Origin: Octopus vulgaris | Lineage: Eukaryota | Assembly: GCA_951406725.2 (NCBI GenBank) | Contig: OX597815.1 | Span: 137,392,001-137,456,000, forward strand | Reading direction: 5' to 3' | Length of the DNA: 64,000 nucleotides | Shown: one piece after another, positions 12,313 through 24,076 of the stretch | Position numbering within the stretch: position 1 is the first letter of the stretch | Layout: each line of letters starts with the position of its first letter | Position numbers and translations under genes: made by a program | Notes under the pieces: model-generated | Seen by the model: the letters and a program-made list of their open reading frames with translations, nothing else | What the model was told of the DNA's origin: nothing | The model's database searches: none

Positions 12313-12877
12313 GTGCTTGTATCTATACATAAATATATACATAATATGTTTGCGCGTGTACCAGTATACGTCTATATGTGTATGTGCGTCTCTGTGCGTG
12401 TATGTGTGTGTCCATGTATATGTTTTATGTGCATGTTGATCGCATAGGTTCTTTAAGTCCAATTTAAAATCCTTCATAATACAGAATAATTTGTCTATAT
12501 TATGTTTCTTTTTACTTCTCAATTGATTTATACCTTTCCAATTGAAAATACCTTTTCAACAAGTGTCTCTCGATAATGAAATTATAAGTGTATACATTAT
12601 TTCATTATATGTGTGTAAGCGTAAATATATATGCATGAGTATATATATTATATATTATATGTGTGTGTGTGTGTATACGTGTGTGTATATTGCGTATGTA
12701 TACATACATCTAAATATATAGATATATAAATATATATCAAATATGTGTGTAACTATACATGTGTTATATATATAAATATATATATAAATATATGTATGTG
12801 TGTGTGTCTGTGTGCATGTGTATATAAATATATATATACACATATATATGCATATATATACATATATATATATATAC

Positions 12878-12950
<73 letters not shown>

Positions 12951-13096
12951 ATTTATACACACATACATGCGGCGGGTCTCTTACTTGTACGAATCAAATG
13001 TGCGGGAGCCTTTAAAATATATATGATAAAAAATACTTGTTAAATTAGTAGACATTTTGTATGGATGGACGGAAGTGTATAATTTTGTGTGTGTGT

Positions 13097-13139
<43 letters not shown>

Positions 13140-13268
13140 TAACCGTATGTGTGTGCATATGTGTTAAATGAACGATGAGAGTTCTATACGAATCTGAATA
13201 TGTGTGCATGTGTGTATACGTACATCCATACATACATACACACACACATATATATATATACATACATA

Positions 13269-13318
<50 letters not shown>

Positions 13319-13638
13319 TATATACATATATATATATATGCACGAAAATATTCCACATCTCATATGAAAGCAGAAGTTTACACGTAACGTTAATTCTAGT
13401 TAGTATACAATTGCATGCATGTGTGCATCCGTGCACTCGGACTGTAATACCGGTGTATAAGTGCAGCCGTACAAGTGTGTATAAGTATTTATATCCATCA
13501 TCCAAGTATTTCTAAATCTAAATGTATATATATATTTATGTACATACGTATAGGTGTATGTGTGTGTATAGTATGTATACGTATATTCAGGTGTGTATTT
13601 TTCCTATTCCTATATATACTCTCTCACACACATGCATA

Positions 13639-13705
<67 letters not shown>
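12228..13705. repeat. Compound (GT)n/(TA)n/(TACA)n microsatellite region
   Basis: Directly visible. Confidence 0.9.
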
Positions 13706-14603
13706 GCATACATAGGCACGTATGCTTTCTTCTGAAGTGGCAAGTGCTGTCCATCATAATTGTGTTGCATCGCCATTAATTATTTTAAAATAATACTTAA
13801 CACTGTTACTATATCCTGATTTGTATAATTTGTTTGTGCTCGGTTTTATTTGTTTTTGAGTAGTCTTTTTTCAGGAGGTTGGTGTGGGTATTGATTTTTG
13901 TTCGTTTTTTTCTTTGTATTGAGTTTTACCATTTGTGCTGGTATTGTGTTAATCTATTTATTATCCTTTAATCTTTTCAAATTTTGAGTTGCTTTGCTTT
14001 AAATCTGTTTGGTAAAGAAGAATGAGAGTTGTGTTCTATTTTGACACATACTTCGGGACAAGCTTATTTGATCCAATTGAAGGGGATCTTAAATACAGAT
14101 CGTTGATCAGCAAAGCTTCTTCAGCTAGTTTAACTAGATTGAATCAGAGTGAGAAAGAGTAAAATTACTAAGTTCGATGAACTAGTGCGAAATATCGCAC
14201 GATATTGAAGTACATTGCTTTCGTAATTGCTGTTGATGTTGTCGTCGTGTCAGATTTGAAATTTACGAAGAGGTCGAAACTTAACGTTGACTCGAGTTGT
14301 GTTAAGAAACAATTCAATATAAATCTTGAACCCAATTAAAAAAAAGCTTATATTCCGTGCAACCATTTTGCAACTCAATGCGAAAAGTAAAAAGAGTAAG
14401 GAGAAAGAGAGAGACTGAGCGAGTAAGTTACAATGAGAGAAGGACGAATGGAAGATGAAATATGTTAAGATTAATATTTTCATTACTTGCGTTTCTTACC
14501 AGCTCAGAGCAATCACCAGATGAGAGCTAGTATAAAATTCCAGTAATGAAGCAATAAAAATTTAAATATTTCACTGTATCCAAAAATACACACACACACA
14601 TAA

Positions 14604-14639
<36 letters not shown>

Positions 14640-14989
14640 TGTATGTATGCATGTATGCATGTATATATGTACGTATGTATGTGTATTCATATATGTATAT
14701 ATGTGTGTGTGTGTGTGTGTGTCTGTGTCTGTGTCTGTGTCTGTGTCTGTGTGTATGTGTGTATGTGTGTGTAAATATGTATTATATAAACGCACACATA
14801 TATACAGAGAAACAAACAAGCATACGTACAAAGACTGTCAAAAGTCTGATTACTCTGATAACAGTAAAGTTCTTTTATTGTTATTGATGATGGAAATGAA
14901 AAGCACAGCATATATTTTATAATGCAAATAAAGCAAATAACCAGTGAATTACTTACTATATCATTGATATTCTATACTATAGTTTTCAC

Positions 14990-15780
14990 GACAAGATACT
15001 ATTCCCCTTTAATAAAGAGTATCACACGTGATATAATAGCTCCATTACGGTAGCAATACGGTCAAGTTTTCGAACGAATTTTTGCAGTAATCTGGGGTTA
15101 TCTCCTACTCCAAGCATTTTCTGTCGCATTCAAGTCAGGTGATTACCTTGGCGATTTACCTAATTGAGTAATATACCGATATCGTTAAGCAAGTCATTGA
15201 AGTAATTCCAAAACTGGCGGGATGCACCACGCTGTTGAAATAGCATCAAAGATAACCGTATTAGCAAGCAACTTTTCCTTAAAATCCAGGTAGCCTTTAG
15301 AGTTTATTGTTGTATCTTGAGTCATTATCTAAAAACCAGATATGCGCCCCTATCATAATGGCTGGGTATTTCTTGACTCTTGCAGGTAGGATTGTGCCTT
15401 CAGACTGATGGTAAACGAAGAAAAGGAGACTATCGAAAGTTTCGTCAAATTACTCTATGGATGTTTTGCAACTAAACATGATTTCCGGTCTTTCTTGGTC
15501 CAATTTTTATAATCCTTGCAAAATTTCAAACAATCCTAAATATTTTCCGTAACAGACCTGGTTTTATATAAGTTTTTATAAGTGATTTGTTTGGCTATTT
15601 TCTAGACGTTTTGCAACAAGATTGGAATCGTTTTTCAATTTATATCATATTGCCTTATTCCTGCATTTTACTGCATTTTGCTAGCAAATGGTGCAGCTCG
15701 ATGTAATATAAGAATGCGATACAAATATGAATTCTATGACCAGTTTGAAGAGTTGTAACACGAAGTCAACCTGATCAGCC
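14990..15780 (-). mobile_element. Tc1-family transposase fossil
   Basis: Minus strand SPDLNATENAW (~15110-15142; Tc1 SPDLNPIENLW motif) and upstream CKDYKNWT. Confidence 0.6.
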
Positions 15781-16117
15781 AAGTTATTTATATTCCCTTC
15801 TCTGATGAAATACGACAAAGTTTTCTGGACAGCACCAGGAGATGGATATACATGAGATTATATCTATCTGAATGGGAGTCAAGTGTTACATGAAGCAAAA
15901 TATTTTAGCCCATTTTCAGATGAAAATTTCGGAAAATTTAAAACTGTTGATCTACCATGCAGTATTTCAAATGTCAAGTAGAAGACGAAATGATAAAATA
16001 ACATTCCCTCATTCATATATACCATAATGCACAATATAAATTTATTGTGTTATTTTCATGAATCCAATTTCATCTTTCTGTTCAGACTTTTGACCAAGAC
16101 TGCTTATATGTGCGTGA

Positions 16118-16212
<95 letters not shown>

Positions 16213-16214
<2 letters not shown>

Positions 16215-17450
16215 ATTATTCAGTTTTATTTCAAGATTTCATACTTATAGAGAAAGAGCTGGTTTGTAACCTAGTTCCACGGCTCCTTCATTGGAATTTT
16301 AACATCAACAACAGGGTATTTTTCTTTCTATGTATGTATTATGTATGTGTACAGCTTGAATGTTTTGTTTTAAGTATGTATTCTCATGCATGTAGTTGCA
16401 TATCTAGACATGCTCATATACATTTAAAGGATAAACATTTGGAAAGATTTACAGTTCCAGTGATGGATTGGATCTGTAGTCTTCGAACTGGCTTTATTTT
16501 TTCTGGTTTTGAGAAGCCTAATTTCTCGAGGTTGGTATTTAGGCAGTGTGTTACATATCCCAGGGCTCCAATAATTGCAGGTATAAACCTGAACTTATAA
16601 TCGGGATAGAGTAGCTGCAGATTTCTCGATAGCTCTTTCGCACTGATCTTCAACTTTATGTCAACATCCGGTGGGCAGTTAATTTCCACAACTACACACA
16701 TTTTCTCTTCTTTATACCAATTCATTATATCATGTCTGTTGTGCTTACATTTTATTGAGGTGTTCACTTGGACATTATAAGTGGCTATGGCTTCTACCAT
16801 ACTGTGGCTTTTTATTTCTTTGCCTTCGGAGTTACCTTTCCAGGGGATTTCATTATAGAGTGTCCTAACTACAAAATCATGCCTCATTGGCAGATAATAC
16901 TGTGGTGACATTTTCGGACAACTGCTTATGATGTGGGTGATATCTTCGGTGTTAACTCCACGAAGCCTGCATCGGTTGTCACATTTTACTGCTTTTCCTG
17001 CATCCCTATCCTTTTTGTGCATCAGGTATTTGGTTGATATTTCCTGTTCCTGGATTAAAAACGCATACCCTTCAAAGTGGGCGGTAGTAATCCGGCTATT
17101 GATCCATGAGAGACTACTTTGATGATCAATGTTACTATCATCTCAGCGCTTTCTACTAACGTATCCATGCATAGTACTCTCCTCTTGTTATCCTTTCATC
17201 TGATGATACTTTGCGGTAGAGTCGTGGGTCTCCTTTGGGCATGTATTTAAGGTTATCAGACAAACAATGTTGCTCAAGGAACTGACTTCCAAGTCTTTAG
17301 TCTTATGCTGTTGACAGCTTCATGTATGCAAACTTGGTCAAGGGATGCCCTTCGACACTTGGTGGTTAAAAGATGTTGCCGAAGGGATGTGATACGACAT
17401 TCAAAGGCATTTTGGATTGATGTTAAGCCTCTGCCGCTTTGTTTTCGTTT
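16213..17450 (-). mobile_element. R4/Dong-clade non-LTR retrotransposon, 3' 1.2 kb
   Basis: ORFs give KRKQSGRGL, EGYAFLIQEQ, CRL...HIISSC (CCHC), RHD, restriction-like endonuclease region and IIGALG. The 3' end CTGAATAATGA runs into (CA)n. Confidence 0.85.
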
Positions 17451-17540
17451 TATGTATGTATGTATGTATGTATGTATGTATGTTTGTATGTATGTATGTA
17501 TGTATGTATGTATGTATGTATGTATGTGTGTATGTATGTA

Positions 17541-18066
17541 TTTATCCAGAGGACATAGAAACCCTTTCTTCGGATCGTGCTTGATGGCGAACAAAAGTGT
17601 GGAGTGGAGTGAAAGCATTTGAAGAGGCCAGGAGAACGCATGCAAGACTCAAAAGAGACTTAAAGAAGAATGTTACGATCGAGAAGGTGAATCACAATGA
17701 CTTTTTTGTGTACATAGTTTGTGACAGACCATGCCTTCCTTTTGCTGGGCTCAAATCTCATTTGAGAACCCATGGAAAACGAACCTCCCTCCACCATCTA
17801 TTCTGCCTATATGTCTGTACACACCTTTCAATGCGATGTATGGCAGAAGATTTGCAGATCTAACGGAGGTCTCAAAAGACATTTTAAGATCCACAAAGAT
17901 TAGAATTTATCTGCAGCTCTTGTGGCAATATGATATGAATTGAAATCTATGTGGGAGTCTTTTCAGAATATTGTCTGGTTTAAAAAGCCATATCAGATGT
18001 CATGATGGTTCTAAGGTGTAGGTACAGGAGGTAGTCAAACTCTGCATAAGGAGTAGATAACCACCA
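17541..18066 (+). mobile_element. RTE-clade LINE 3' end with C2H2 zinc-finger remnants
   Basis: WSGVKAFEEARR...CDRPCLPFAGLKSHLRTH plus two further degraded GLK(R/S)H fingers; ends ...CCACCA + (TGTA)n. Confidence 0.7.
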
Positions 18067-18202
18067 TGAATGTATGTATGTATGTATGTATGTATGTATG
18101 TATGTATGTATGTGTATGTATGTATGTACTATTCAAGTGCTACTGTATGTATGTATGTATGTATGTATGTATGTATGTATGTATGTATGTATGTATGTGT
18201 GT

Positions 18203-18706
18203 GTCAGTCACATATATGATCCAGTACAACCTGTTGCATGGTCGGGTCGTCGGCGACTAAACCGGCAACCTCACCAAGCTTGCTTGGTGAGGAGGGTGTT
18301 TATTGGACACCCTGCGGGATGAAAAACAAAACCTGTCAAACGGCGGAGGAACTCTTGAGAGTCAACCGCCATCCAATAAATGTCTTAAGGCTGTATCATG
18401 CGCGGGGACATAGAAATAATCAGACTGAATACCCGATCGCGCAGTTAAACCATTGGGAGTGAAGGACTCCTAGCCTTTGTAAGGGCATCCTTCTAGGAGA
18501 AGGTAACTCAGGTAACTGGGATAGCTCCGACATAAAACCTGCGGCTCAGTGGTTACCGATGATGTTGACTTTCGGATTATGGCTGCTGTTGCTTAGTGAG
18601 TGAGATTGACTCAGTGCACAGCCTTTCCTCACTTTAAAAAAATCTTCTTGCACATTGATTAAGTTTCATGCAATGGCCATACTCGATAACGAAGGGACAG
18701 CCACCA
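18203..18706 (+). mobile_element. Non-coding bipartite RTE-derived element (5'UTR-like + 3' tail)
   Basis: Contains CTTCTAGGAGAAGGTAACTC, which resembles an RTE 5'UTR motif. Its 3' end GCAATGGCCATACTCGATAACGAAGGGACAGCCACCA aligns with the RTE 3' end at ~19885-19923(-). Flanked by (TATG)n. Confidence 0.6.
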
Positions 18707-19876
18707 TGTATGTATGTATGTATGTATGTATGTATGTATGTATGCATGAATAGATTTGTATATGTATATGTATGTATGACATTATGTATGTCCGTATAAC
18801 ATAGTGCATCAGTGAACATGCTGCAATCATGGTAGTGCAGACGATGCTTCAACCGCCGGAAACGTAAATCAAAGGCAATGTGAATGTGTTCACTGTCATT
18901 CGCGACAAAATATCACAACGTATAAACAGAGTGCTAAACCACATAAACAGAGTGCTAAACCACATAAATATAGATTTAATTTCTCACATGTAGATTCATC
19001 GTTAAAGAGTACATAAATAAATACAGTTTTAACAATAATTAATGACAGCAAATTCAGGTTATATATATATATATATATACATACATAAATGGAACTAAAA
19101 CGCAATACAAGACAATAAAACAACCGGACAGACAGACGATACAAAAGCAGACAGGAAAAACAACAAATAGAAGTACAGAAAAAACAGGATGGGTTATTCG
19201 TGGCCTTATTTCGTCAGTCAAGTTGCCAGATGTCCTTACAGTTCCGGACAGTTACACTTTAGACTGTTCGATCTGGTTGCCCCTAAAAAGTCTAGGCTAT
19301 GAACATTATATATTTTGTAAGAAAGCTAGCGAATGTGTGCGACAACAAACACAAAAAAAAAAACGGAGAACATGGTACACAATTACAAATACAAGCATCA
19401 AGAATATAACAACGGGTATCTTTCGACTAAGGCGTGTGTAAAGTGAAAGCCTAAAAGCAGGAACATAGGAGATGGATATAGAAGTGTTGACGGTTGGCAG
19501 TAAGGCCAAGAAAGAAAGATCATCGCTAGCCGAACACCGGTCACATGGATGGAGGAGAGAGGTGTAGGGGGTCGCGGGATTGAAGGATTAGAAAAAAATT
19601 AGAGACAAAGGGAAAGATACAGAGGAGATAAACGAGGAAGAAAAGTGAGATTTAAAGAAAGAGAGGGCCAAGGAATGTGAGAGGGAGAGAGGGAGCGAGA
19701 AAAGGAGGAAGAAAGTATGAGGGGGACAAAAAGACAGAGTAAAAGAATCGTACATATATATATATATACATGCATACATACATACATACATACATACATA
19801 CATACATACATGCATGCATACATACATACATACATACATACATACATACATACATACATACATACATACATACATA

Positions 19877-20335
19877 CGAAGAGACATGATGGCCGTCCAC
19901 TCGTGACCGGGGAAGATCATTGCTGACCTTTAGGAACATTGTGCGCTTTAGGACTAGCTTATATTTTGTATATGCGGCTCCGTTGGTGGCTAATGAGCTC
20001 TGCTCTTGGCAAGCATACACGACTACAAACATTACAAACCAAGCGTTACTCATTCACTACGCTAGCAATACGCTTTCTAAAGCACGCTTAAATTCTTCAT
20101 ACAGAATACGTGCTCTCAAAGGTGTCGCCCCGTTCCTTAACCTGCTTCCTCCATCCGTGGCGATGGCAGGCATTGCTCTCTCGGTCAGTCTCCTGCATAC
20201 CACAGGCCTTTAATGAGGACTTGAGAGCTCTTAAATCGCAGCCTTGGTTTTTACCGGGGTCTCTTTCCACTAACAAGTTCTCCATATAGCATTTGTTTGG
20301 GGAATCCTGTTATCCTTCATTCTAATAAGGTATCC
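19877..20335 (-). mobile_element. RTE-clade LINE 3' end
   Basis: RIPKQMLYG-like segment, ALKSSLKACG...HRHGWRKQVKE; 3' tail followed by (TATG)n. Confidence 0.7.
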
Positions 20336-20364
20336 ATATATAAATATATATACACACGCATATT

Positions 20365-21245
20365 GGTCTGATCAATAAGTATCCATAAGTTAAGTTACCA
20401 TAGTAACTTAAAGTAAAGCAGCTTGGTACAGATTGACCCTGGACTCTGCTGTACGTGAGCACTTAGTTTTAGCGTTCTATCTCACTTCTGTTGTTTACAA
20501 CAGTGCTTGGAAGGAAAATCTGTAGTGTGTGATTGTTGCATTGACCATGACTGTGAAAGCTGTGCAGAGATTATACATCAAATTTTGCTAAAAGCTTGGC
20601 GATACCTGCTCAGAAACCTACGCACAGTTTTCAAAACGTTTTCATCGTTCTCGACACAAACAAGGAGATCTTGTGCAACTGAAACCCGGGTGTATTTTTG
20701 GGCAGCTGAAAGCAGTTTTGGCACGAACTTGGCAGACACGTGCTTTAGTGATAATGGAGCAAACTGAACAGTAATTAATCTGCACATCATCTGATAACTC
20801 ACAGATGCCGATTCGACAATTTCCACTTATAGTTGCATGCACATCTGCGATATTTTTCTCAGTCCTGCTGGTTGCGGGTCTCCTTGAACGTTCGTCAATA
20901 TCGACATTTTTTCGGCCATCTTGAATACGTCAGTACAACTTGTACACTTGTGCGAGGCTCATACACTCCTCTCCATACACTTTCTGCACCTTTGTGTAGG
21001 CCTCTGAGCAGGTATCGCCATAAGAACTTTCCCTATCATTGTCAATGCGACGATCACACACTACACACGTTACTTCGAAGCACAGTTATAAACAGCGGAA
21101 GTGAGCTAGAATGTTAAAAACTTAGTGCGCATGCAAAGCTGAGTTCAAGGTCAATCTTTGCCAAGCGGCTTCACTCTGCGTTACTATGGCAGCAGTCTGG
21201 ATTCGTTACTATGACAGCAGTCCGGATATTTATTGATCAGACCTC
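20365..21245. mobile_element. Mariner derivative made of two inverted 5' halves
   Basis: TIRs GGTCTGATCAATAAGTATCC and GGATATTTATTGATCAGACC. The + arm encodes QRLYIKFC*KLGDTCSET; the - arm encodes GDTCSEAY...YGEECMS...DERSRRP...SAKFVPKLL. Confidence 0.8.
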
Positions 21246-21251
21246 AAACAT

Positions 21252-21366
21252 AGAACGGGCTTATTTCAGTTTCCATCTTCTACCACATTCACTAACAAGG
21301 CTTCGGTTAGCCCGAGGCCATAGTGGAAGACACTTTTCTAAGGTCGTACACAGAGGGACTGAACCC

Positions 21367-21367
<1 letters not shown>
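21252..21367 (-). mobile_element. SINE family A fragment
   Basis: TTTCAGTTTCC...GAAGACACTT...GGGACTGAACCC. Confidence 0.65.
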
Positions 21368-21430
<63 letters not shown>

Positions 21431-21950
21431 TACGTATATGTCAATCTGAGGACAGTGTAGAGGATTCGGAAAGAGTTGGATGAGTCTAATGGTGATATAT
21501 ATATACATATATATATAGAGAGAGAGAGAGAGGAGAAAGAGAGAGGCATATGTATGTATGTATGTCTGATCAAACTGCTAGATTACGGAAATAGAAACAC
21601 ACACACACAGACACGCACGCGCACTCACACATACTTACAGTTAGGCAAAAGAGCCTGATAGAGTAAGTACCAGGCTTTTAAACAAAAGTACTGGGGTCGA
21701 TACATTCGACTAAAATATCTTTCCTTGAACTTCAAAAACGAATACATACAATGCATACATGCATATATACATATGTGTGTGTCTGTATGTGTGTGTGTGT
21801 GCGCGCGCACGCGTGTATAACTCAACCAGCCTTTGCACAAGACAAAAGGGATAAACAACCCCCTGGTAAACATCCACTAATGCTAAATCCCCTGAAGAAC
21901 TGTATCCATGACGATAATCTACTCAATGCCCACTGATATTACGGATTACA

Positions 21951-22470
21951 CCAGGGATGGGGAAACACCCGCCCACGGGCCCATTTTATTGCGCCCGCAG
22001 GCTGGGATACTCGTATATACAAAATATAGTCAATTTTGCAATTATAAAATTCATACAACTCTCGTATGCCTCTTTGCGACATAGGTATCGTTTGCACTAC
22101 GATTTAAAACGGTTAGACTCGAACAGAAAATCGTCCAGTAATCACCATTTGAATGGAAATTTTGTTTTCACTACAAAACACATATTGCTAGGTTTGTACC
22201 ACCTCCTTGTGACCCGACTACGCACTAGCTGAAAAATATTGAATACCTCATAAGTAATATAAACGTCCTAAATTCAGTGGTGGCGTTAATGAAGATGTTA
22301 CATGTTAATTGAACGTGTTAGACTTACCTTTATTGATTTACATTGAATTATACATAGTTATGTACATGATTTACACACATATAAGAGTTAGAACTTGTGA
22401 TTCGCCCGCAGACCTTTTTTGGGTGGGAAAATGTTTGCCCGCCGCACTAAAAAGTCTCCCCCCAACCTGG
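21951..22470. mobile_element. hAT/Charlie-type MITE, second copy
   Basis: TIRs CCAGGGATGGGGAAAC and GTCTCCCCCAACCTGG; colinear with 8408-8860. Confidence 0.8.
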
Positions 22471-22594
22471 ACGATACTATATTCATCCCAGGAATACGAA
22501 CTGTAATATTAAGAGACACATGATTTGTGGAAACGCGCGTAGTGGTGCATTAAATGTTTATATAATCCATCCAAGGATTATTTTTATGACTACG

Positions 22595-23065
22595 TGTTTG
22601 TGTGTCTGTATGTGTGTGTGTGCGTGCGTCCGTGTGCGTGTGTGCGTGTGCGTGCGTGCGTGTGCGTGCGTGCGTGTGCGTGCGTGCGTGTGCGTGCGTG
22701 CGTGTGCGTGCGTGCGTGTGCATGCGTGCGTGTGCATGCGTGCGTGAGCGTGCGTGTGCGTGCGTGCGTGTGCGTGCGTGCGTGTGCGTGCGTGCGTGTG
22801 CGTGCGTGCGTGCGTGCGTGCGTGCGTGTGCGTGTGCGTGCGTGCGTGTGCGTGCGTGCGTGTGCGTGCGTGCGTGTGCGTGCGTGCGTGTGCGTGCGTG
22901 CGTGTGCGTGCGTGCGTGTGCGTGCGTGCGTGTGCGTGCGTGCGTGTGCGTGCGTGCGTGTGCGTGCGTGCGTGTGCGTGCGTGCGTGCGTGCGTGTGCG
23001 TGCGTGCGTGTGCGTGCGTGCGTGTGCGTGCGTGCGTGTGCGTGCGTGCGTGTGCGTGCGTGTGT
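22595..23065. repeat. (GTGC)n-based satellite with ~14-bp higher-order unit
   Basis: GTGTGCGTGCGTGC repeated; almost entirely alternating purine-pyrimidine. Confidence 0.95.
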
Positions 23066-23094
23066 CTATATATATATATATGTATGTATTTATT

Positions 23095-23737
23095 TTTGAG
23101 CTTCAAGAAAAGGTTGGCGAACAGTAAGTCGCACTTTACATCGTTTTCAACAACATTTATGAAGGGTTTGAAAAAGCGTTGGAACTGTGAGCTTATGGAC
23201 ACTGCAAAAATACACATGGGTGCCCGGCCAAATTTGTGGAAATTATCAGTTAGCTCAAGGATTTTTTGTCTCTCGTGGACAAGGGCTCTTCCTCCTCCCA
23301 GTTATCTGTAGAGGAAAACAAGGCTGTGTACCTGTTCCAACGCATGGGCGGAACATTTTAAAACTATGAGCGAGTTCACTGCGCAGTGGTGTGCATTTAT
23401 GCCCAAGAGTAGATGGTAAGTTGCTGAACCTATCTAGTTATGATCCACTAAGAATTACCGAGATATGTGAGATTTGCGGACGTCCTAAGAGATATCCATA
23501 AAATTACTCAAAATTTTGAAAGTACAGTGACAGCTTTCAGCCAATTAATAAATGTGAATCACTCTAAAGCTGAAATACTTGAAGATGGACCTCGAAACAT
23601 CGTGTTCATTAATCAGTCTCTAAATTTAGTGAAGGAATCCACATATTTGGGTAGTAATATTTCTGATGATAGTAGCTTGGACACGGAGATGGCCCACCGT
23701 ATACAATTTGTTGCGGTCGTTTTTGTGACTCTCAATA
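23095..23737. mobile_element. RTE-clade RT fragments
   Basis: The + strand ORF gives LNLVKESTYLGSNISDDSSLDTEMAHRIQ (FTYLGS...LDxEIxxRI). 23095-23370 looks like an upstream LINE piece on the - strand (weaker). Confidence 0.55.
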
Positions 23738-23799
23738 ATGTATGTGTGTGTATGTGTGAGTGCACGTGTGTATGCATGTGTATACACATACACACACAT

Positions 23800-23852
<53 letters not shown>

Positions 23853-23870
23853 CGTACATACATACATACA

Positions 23871-23901
<31 letters not shown>

Positions 23902-24044
23902 GTGTATCCAAACATATATTACTCACATAAACATACACATATAAACACGCACACACAAGCATAAGTACATATGCATCACACATACATACACACACGCGCA
24001 CACATTCATACATACATACATACATACATACATACATACATACA

Positions 24045-24076
<32 letters not shown>

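Noticed and set aside
13780-14100. Possible third Naiad fossil (LKIPFNW...SSLPN on the minus strand)
   Set aside because: Two short words only; too degraded to support.
21431-21490. CTGAGGA...GGAAAG as a hammerhead
   Set aside because: No convincing stems or UH triplet.
22558-23311. Long Cys/Val/Arg or His/Thr/Ala repeat ORFs
   Set aside because: Stop-free satellite read in all frames.
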